Of a stretch of 64,000 bases of DNA, positions 58,273-64,000 are shown one piece after another (the first letter of the stretch is position 1; each line of letters starts with the position of its first letter). Both the position numbers and the translations under genes were made by a program. The notes below the pieces were generated by a model. The model had not been told where the DNA came from, searched no databases, and was given only the letters and a program-made list of their open reading frames with translations. This DNA comes from Candidatus Eiseniibacteriota bacterium (GTDB lineage Bacteria; Eisenbacteria; RBG-16-71-46; JABDJR01), in the NCBI GenBank assembly GCA_963783375.1, contig CAWANH010000029.1, forward strand, positions 1,472,001-1,536,000, read 5' to 3'.

Positions 58273-59664
58273 ATGACCGACGGGCAGAACGGCACGGTGT
58301 CCGCGCGCATGGCGCGATGGGCCGCGGACCTTCGCTACGAACAGCTCTCGAAGGACGCGGTCTACCAGGCCAAACGGTTCCTGCTGGACTCCCTGGGCTG
58401 CGCCCTCGGGGGCTGGTCCCAGCACGATGTCCGGATCGCCATGGAGGTGCTGGAGGAGATCGCGGGGGACGGCCCGGCCACGGTGATCGGGAGCCCCCGG
58501 AAGCTGGACCCGGTCTCGGCTTCCCTGGCCAACGCCCTCATGATCCGGGTCATGGACTACAACGACATCTACTGGAAGCAGGACCCCTCCCACCCCTCGG
58601 ACCTCATCCCCGCCGCCATGGCCTCGGCGGAACGGGCGGGAGGCGACGGGCGGGAGCTGATCGTGGGGACCGTCCTCGGCCATGAATTCGAAATGCGCCT
58701 TTGCGAGGCGGCCATCCCCGGGATCCGGGAGCGGGGCTGGCACCACGCCACCCTCACCGCCTTCGTGTCGCCGATCGTGGCCGGGCGGATGCTCCATCTC
58801 GACGCGGAGCAGATCCAGCACGCGATCGGGATCTCGGCCAGCCGCCACGCCACCCTGGGGGCGGTGACCGCGGGCAAGCTCACCATGATGAAGAACACCG
58901 TGGACCCCATGGCCACCCAGAGCGGGGTCCTGGCCGCGCTCCTGGCCGAAAAGGGCTACACCGGCCCCGAGCACGTGGTGGAGGGGAAGGAAGGGATCGT
59001 TCATTGCCTGGGGCCGGAGTGGAACCTCGGCGTGCTCACCGACGGCCTCGGGGACGCCTGGCGGATCACGAGCTGCGGAATGAAGTTCTTCCCCACCGAG
59101 GCCCTCACCCACGCCCCCATCTCCGCGGTGCTCGACCTGGTCGAGGAGCACGATCTGAAGCCCGACGACGTGGAGACGGTTCAGATCCGCTCCCTGGCCC
59201 GGGCGGCGGACATCCTGGCCGATCCCTCGAAGTACGACCCCAGGTCCAAGGAAACCGCCGACCACTCCCTTCCCTACGTGGTCGCCGCGGCGCTGGTGGA
59301 TCGCCAGGTCACCCCGGCCCAGTTCAAGCCGGAGAAGATCGCCGACCCGGTGATCCGGGCCCAGCTCCCCAAGGTCAAGGTCGTCGCCGACCCGGAGATC
59401 GAGAAGGTGTTCCCCGCGCTCCAGCGGGTGGCGGTGGCCATCCGCACCGTGGACGGGCGCGAGCTCACCCGGGAGCTGGACTACCCCAAGGGGGACCCCA
59501 GAAACCCGCTCACCGACCGGGAGATCGAGGCGAAGTTCGACGCCCTCGCCGCCGGGGTTCTGGACGGGCCGGGGCGGAAGCGGATCAAGGACGCGGTGTG
59601 GAACCTGGAGGAGCACGCATCGGTCACCGAGGTCCTGGCGCTCACCACCCGGCTCTCGGGGTAG
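58273..59664 (+). CDS. MmgE/PrpD-family dehydratase (2-methylcitrate dehydratase-like)
   Basis: RVMDYND, HPSD.IP, GWHH, KFFPTE..TH, ETADHSLPY, PKGDPRNP. Confidence 0.92.
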   Translation: MTDGQNGTVSARMARWAADLRYEQLSKDAVYQAKRFLLDSLGCALGGWSQHDVRIAMEVLEEIAGDGPATVIGSPRKLDPVSASLANALMIRVMDYNDIYWKQDPSHPSDLIPAAMASAERAGGDGRELIVGTVLGHEFEMRLCEAAIPGIRERGWHHATLTAFVSPIVAGRMLHLDAEQIQHAIGISASRHATLGAVTAGKLTMMKNTVDPMATQSGVLAALLAEKGYTGPEHVVEGKEGIVHCLGPEWNLGVLTDGLGDAWRITSCGMKFFPTEALTHAPISAVLDLVEEHDLKPDDVETVQIRSLARAADILADPSKYDPRSKETADHSLPYVVAAALVDRQVTPAQFKPEKIADPVIRAQLPKVKVVADPEIEKVFPALQRVAVAIRTVDGRELTRELDYPKGDPRNPLTDREIEAKFDALAAGVLDGPGRKRIKDAVWNLEEHASVTEVLALTTRLSG

Positions 59665-59715
59665 GGCCGGAGGCCGCTCCCAAAGCCGCTCTTCCGGGCC
59701 GCCCCGGATGGACGC

Positions 59716-60594
59716 TCAGCCGCCGGCCGGGTCCAGGAAGTCGGCCACGCGCGTCAGGAACTCGCGCACCTCGGAGGGGTCGGCCAGGGCGTAGCGGGCG
59801 ATGGTCTTCCGGCCGCCCGGGGCCACCACGATCCCGATCCCGATGGAACGGATCTCGCGGAACGCGTCCTCATCGGTGAGGTCGTCCCCGAGATAGATCG
59901 GAACGACGTCCTCGTGGTCCAGGCCCAGCTCGCGAAGAATCCAGAGCACCGCGGCGCCCTTGTCCCAGGCCGCGGCCGGCCGGAGCTCCAGAACCTTCTT
60001 GCCGGCGGTCCGGACCAGCGTCGGCTCGCTTTCCGCCACGCGATCCACCGTGCGCTCCAGCTCGCCCACCGAGGCCTCGCCCTCGACCTCGCGAAAGTGC
60101 ACCGCCGCCGCGAACCGCTTCCGTTCGAGCCTCGCCCCCGCGATCCCCTCCACCGCGGTCCGAAGGACGTGCTCCGCCCGGTCGAGCGCGGGGAGGGCGG
60201 CCGTTCCCGCCTCGTGCTGGTGGCGAGCGCCGTCCGGGGCCATAATGTCGAACCCGTGGCTCCCGGCGTAGGTGATGCCTTCGAGGTCCACGTGCCGTCG
60301 CACGTCGGCCAGGTCGCGGCCGCTCACCACCGCCACCGGGCAGAGTCCGGCCAGCCGCCGGACCGCGTCCCGGGCTTCGGGGGCCAGGTTCGCGGCGTCG
60401 GGATCGTTCACGATGGGGGTCAGGGTGCCGTCGTAGTCCAGAAACACCGCGGGACGGCATCCCGCGAGCCGGCCCGCCCACTCCGGTTGCCGCTCCAGCG
60501 CCGAGGGCAGGCGTTCCCCGGACTCCGCCGCCGGCCCGCCCGGAGCGGGGGGACGTTCCTCTCCGGCCGGTTTGGGTCCCCGTTCACCGCTCAC
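59716..60594 (-). CDS. otsB: Trehalose-6-phosphate phosphatase
   Basis: FLDYDGTLTPIV, VVSGR, YAGSHG, KKVLELRP..WDKG, YLGDDLTDEDAF. Confidence 0.93.
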   Translation of the reverse strand: MSGERGPKPAGEERPPAPGGPAAESGERLPSALERQPEWAGRLAGCRPAVFLDYDGTLTPIVNDPDAANLAPEARDAVRRLAGLCPVAVVSGRDLADVRRHVDLEGITYAGSHGFDIMAPDGARHQHEAGTAALPALDRAEHVLRTAVEGIAGARLERKRFAAAVHFREVEGEASVGELERTVDRVAESEPTLVRTAGKKVLELRPAAAWDKGAAVLWILRELGLDHEDVVPIYLGDDLTDEDAFREIRSIGIGIVVAPGGRKTIARYALADPSEVREFLTRVADFLDPAGG

Positions 60595-60713
60595 GTGGTC
60601 CGCTCCTTCCTCCCGGGAAATCCGATCCCGGCTTCCATCCTCCCAGGTTTTCCGGCCGCGTTCCAGACGCGACGACGGTAGAGCCGCCGAATGCCGGACG
60701 GCCCATCACCGGT

Positions 60714-60738
60714 TAACATACTCGAATTAAGCATGTTA
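60714..60738. promoter_or_regulatory. AT-rich imperfect palindrome, putative operator
   Basis: TAACATACTCGAATTAAGCATGTTA (TAACAT-N13-ATGTTA) between divergent otsB and homoaconitase; TATAAT -10 at 60822-60827. Confidence 0.4.
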
Positions 60739-60859
60739 GGCGGTCCGAAGCCCTCTCCGCCCCGGCCCGCTCCTCCCTACGCCGCCCCCGCGGCACCCTG
60801 GGAGAACCCCCGCCGAGGGCCTATAATCTCGCCCTGGTTTACGGGATAGGAGGTTCGCC

Positions 60860-62813
60860 GTGGGTCAGACCGTGGTCGAGAAAATCACCGAGCGCCACCT
60901 GGCCGACGGCCCGCCTCCGCGGCCCGTCCGGGCCGGGGATTTCGTCTCCATAAGGCCGCGCCACGTCATGACCCACGACAACAGCTCGGCGGTGATGGCG
61001 AAGTTCAAGGGTCTCGGCATCACGCGCGTCCACGAGCCCCGGCAGATCGTCTTCACGCTGGACCACGACATCCAGAACCGCTCCGAGGCGAACCTCAACA
61101 AGTACCGGGCCATAGAGGCCTTCGCCGGCGAGCACGGGATCGAGTTCCATCCAGCGGGAAGCGGCATCGGCCACCAGATCATGGTGGAGGAGGGCTACGC
61201 GGTTCCGGGGTCGTTCGTGGTGGCCTCGGATTCGCACTCCAACATGTACGGGGGCCTGGGCGCGGTGGGCACTCCGGTGGTGCGTACCGACGCCGCCGCC
61301 ATCTGGGCCACCGGCGTCTTCTGGTGGCAGGTCCCCCCCACCGTGCAGGTGGTGCTGAGCGGCGCCCTCCGACCCGGGGTGACCGGGAAGGACGTGATCG
61401 TGGCGCTGTGCGGGCTCTACAACCGGGGCGAGGTGCTGAACGCGGCGGTGGAGTTCACCGGCCCCGGGACGGCCTCGCTCTCCATGGACGCCCGCCTCAC
61501 CATCTCCAACATGACCACCGAGTGGGGGGCCCTGGTGGGCTGGTTCCCGGTGGACGAGCGGACCGTCTCCTATATGAAATCGGTTTTCAACCGGTCGGCG
61601 GAGAAAGGCATCCAGCGGTTCGGGGAAGACGACCTCCGTGCCTGGGCGGAGGCGCCCCCCGCGCCGGACCCCGACGCTTCCTACGCCGGGCGCATCCGCC
61701 TGGACCTCTCCAAGCTCACCCCCCACGTCTCCGGCCCCGACTCCGTCCAGGTCATGACCTCGCTGGCGGAGATGGCGGGCCGGAAGGTGGCGATCGACAA
61801 GGCGTACCTCGTCTCCTGCGTGAACTCCCGGCTCGAGGACCTCGAGGCCGCGGCGAAGGTCCTGGACGGCAAGCGCGTGGCCGAGGGGGTCGAGTTCTAC
61901 GTGGCCGCGGCGAGCAAGCGGGTGCAGGAGGAGGCGGAGCGGCGCGGGGTGTGGAAGACGATCGTGGACGCGGGAGCCCGGCCGCTCCCTCCGGGGTGCG
62001 GGCCGTGCATCGGGCTCGGGGTGGGGCTCCTCACCCCCGGCGAGGTGGGGATCTCCGCCACCAACCGGAACTTCAAGGGGCGGATGGGATCGCGCGAGGC
62101 GCAGTGCTACCTGGCCAGCCCCGAGGTGGTGGCCGCCTCCGCGGTGGCCGGGATGCATCACCGGCCCCGGCGACTGGGCCGATCTCGCCCCGGAGCGGAG
62201 CTTCGAACCCCTGGAGCCCGCGGCGGAGAGCGCCCCGGAGACGGTGGACATCCTCGAAGGATTTCCCGAGCGGGTCACCGGGCGGCTGATCTTCCTCCCC
62301 CAGGACAACCTCAACACCGACGGCATCTACGGGAAGGACTACACCTACCGCGAGGACATGACCCGCGAGGACATGGCCCGGGTGGTGATGGAGAACTACG
62401 ATCCGGTTTTCGCGGCCAGGGTGAACGCCGGCGACATCGTGGTGGGCGGGTTCAACTTCGGCACCGGCTCCAGCCGCGAGCAGGCGGTGACCGCGCTCCA
62501 GGCCAAGGGGATTCCCCTGGTGGTGGCGGCGAGCTTCTCCCAGACCTACCTCCGGAACGCCTTCAACAACGGGTTCATCTGCGTGGAGTCTCCCAAGCTG
62601 GTCGAGCGGCTCCGGAGCGACCTCGCCGAGGCCTCGGAGGCCGGACAGAAGACCGTCGTGCCGGGCGGGGGGGTGGAGGTGGACTTCACCACCGGGACCA
62701 TCCGGTGGCGGGGAGGCGCCTACCGGTTCCCGCCCTTGAGCCGGGTGCCCCAGGAACTGGTGACCGCGGGAGGGGTGGAGAACCTGGTGCGACGCCAGGC
62801 CGCCGCCCCCTGA
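60860..62813 (+). CDS. lysF: Fused (large + small subunit) homoaconitase-like hydratase; extra G at 62150-62152
   Basis: HVMTHDN, LDHD, GIGHQIM, SDSHSNMYG, SCVNSR, GCGPCIGLG, TNRNFKGRMG; removing one G joins it to the swivel domain DNLNTDGIY.K..TY, NFGTGSSREQA, RNAFNNG. Confidence 0.8.
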
Positions 62814-62925
62814 CCGCCCCGGTCGTCCGGGCGCGTGCGGACGCACGGCCCCATGAGTTTTCGAGCCTTGGAACGAACATCGAGCGGCCGCGGCCGGCTC
62901 GACAACCTGGAAGGAGCAACACACG

Positions 62926-64000
62926 ATGGCGCGCTTCACGGTGGTGGCGATGCCGGGGGACGGAATCGGCAAGACCGTCCTCCCGGAGGCGGTGCGGGTC
63001 CTGGACGCGGTGGGCTTCGACGCGGAGTACGTGCACGGGGACATCGGGTGGGACTTCTGGGTCAACGAGGGGAACGCGCTTCCCGAGCGGACGGTGGAAC
63101 TGTTGGCCGAGCACAAGCTGGGGCTCTTCGGCGCCATCACCTCCAAGCCCAAGGCGGAGGCGGCCCGCGAGCTCAGCCCCGGCCTCCGCGACAAGGGGTT
63201 CAGCTACTTCAGCCCCATCGTGAGCCTCCGCCAGCGGTTCAACCTGGACAAGTGCGTTCGCCCCTGCCGCTCCTTTCCCGGGAATCCCCTGAACTTCATC
63301 CGCCGGACCCGCGACGGCAGGTTCGAGGAGCCCCTGGTGGACGCGGTCATCTTCCGGCAGAACACCGAGGGGATGTACGCGGGGGTGGAGTGGACCGACC
63401 CTCCCCCGCCGGTGCGCGAGGCCCTGGCCACCCACCCCAAGTTCAAGGCCTTCGCCGGGGTTCCCGGGCCGGACCTGGCCGTCTCCACCCGCATCGTCAC
63501 CCGGACCGGCACCACCCGGATCGTCCGCTCCGCGTTCGAGTACGCGAAGAAGCACGGCTACCGATCGGTGACGGTGTGCGAGAAGCCGAACGTGCTCCGG
63601 GAGACGTCGGGCATGTTCGAGGAAGTCGCCAAGGCGGTGCAGAAGGACTTCCCCGAGGTCCAGCTCCGGTCCACCAACATCGACGCCCAGATGATGTGGC
63701 TCACCAAGAACCCCGAGGACTACGGGGTGCTGGTGGCGGAGAACCTCTTCGGGGACATCGCCTCCGACGCCTTCGCCGGGTTGGTGGGCGGCCTCGGGTT
63801 CGCCTGTTCCGGCAACATCGGGGACGAGGTGGCGGTGTTCGAGCCCACCCACGGGTCCGCCCCCAAGTACCAGGAGCTGGACCCGCCCATCGTGAACCCC
63901 ATCGCCATGATCCTCTCCGCGGCGATGATGCTGGACCACGTGGGCGAGACGGCGGCCGCGGAGCGGGTGCGGAACGCGGTGGCCGCGGTGGTGAAGGAAG
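62926..64000 (+). CDS. Isocitrate/isopropylmalate-family dehydrogenase (homoisocitrate dehydrogenase-like), runs off the window end
   Basis: AAGGAG RBS, ATG 62926; MPGDGIG, FGAITSKP, YFSPIVSLRQ, RQNTEGMY, KPNVL, NLFGDIASD, FEPTHGSAP, NPIAMILSAAMML. Confidence 0.9.
   Translation, partial: MARFTVVAMPGDGIGKTVLPEAVRVLDAVGFDAEYVHGDIGWDFWVNEGNALPERTVELLAEHKLGLFGAITSKPKAEAARELSPGLRDKGFSYFSPIVSLRQRFNLDKCVRPCRSFPGNPLNFIRRTRDGRFEEPLVDAVIFRQNTEGMYAGVEWTDPPPPVREALATHPKFKAFAGVPGPDLAVSTRIVTRTGTTRIVRSAFEYAKKHGYRSVTVCEKPNVLRETSGMFEEVAKAVQKDFPEVQLRSTNIDAQMMWLTKNPEDYGVLVAENLFGDIASDAFAGLVGGLGFACSGNIGDEVAVFEPTHGSAPKYQELDPPIVNPIAMILSAAMMLDHVGETAAAERVRNAVAAVVKE

Noticed and set aside
60711-60740. Possible dif (XerCD) site, because of ATGTTA
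   Set aside because: The inverted TAACAT/ATGTTA cores are 13 nt apart rather than about 10, and the match to TTATGTTAAAT is weak
62140-62250. Separate large and small subunit genes, or programmed frameshifting, in the aconitase-family locus
   Set aside because: No stop ends the large subunit nearby and there is no slippery heptamer; deleting one G gives a continuous linker, as in fused homoaconitases

Overview
A 64-kb, roughly 70% GC (by eye) bacterial chromosomal segment of about 48 genes. It probably comes from a diderm candidate-phylum lineage near FCB (Eisenbacteria/Krumholzibacteriota/Latescibacterota-like). That assignment is an inference from two secreted proteins ending in a PVxxxTWGxIKxxY-type motif and from a Gemmatimonadota-like ECF/CBM48 cassette. 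Housekeeping content: the edge of a multiheme cytochrome cluster (NHL protein, c554-like, NapC/NirT-like), trxB, three-gene transhydrogenase pntAA/AB/B, speA, ppa-thrABC, a three-gene split LigD, a SWIM-SNF2 helicase, trmB, otsB, and a PrpD / fused homoaconitase / beta-decarboxylating dehydrogenase group. I found no rRNA, tRNA, CRISPR array, transposase or integrase. About ten single-base frameshifts, mostly in homopolymers, look like long-read errors. Best leads: (1) an ECF sigma - membrane Ser/Thr kinase - exported TPR-CHAT protease - lipoprotein - subtilase cassette, in which the kinase ectodomain and the CHAT catalytic loop share an R-G-I-[GA]-G-[FL]-S motif (candidate cleavage site); (2) an ECF sigma / CBM48 anti-sigma glucan-sensing cassette with twin divergent promoter elements TGTGAC-N15-GGGGTTCTTGGA; (3) an ATP-grasp ligase fused to a DmpA/P1 peptidase and coupled to a deacetylase in a lower-GC island; (4) a putative C-terminal sorting signal; (5) speA apparently starting at ATT; (6) PrpD as a possible homocitrate dehydratase.
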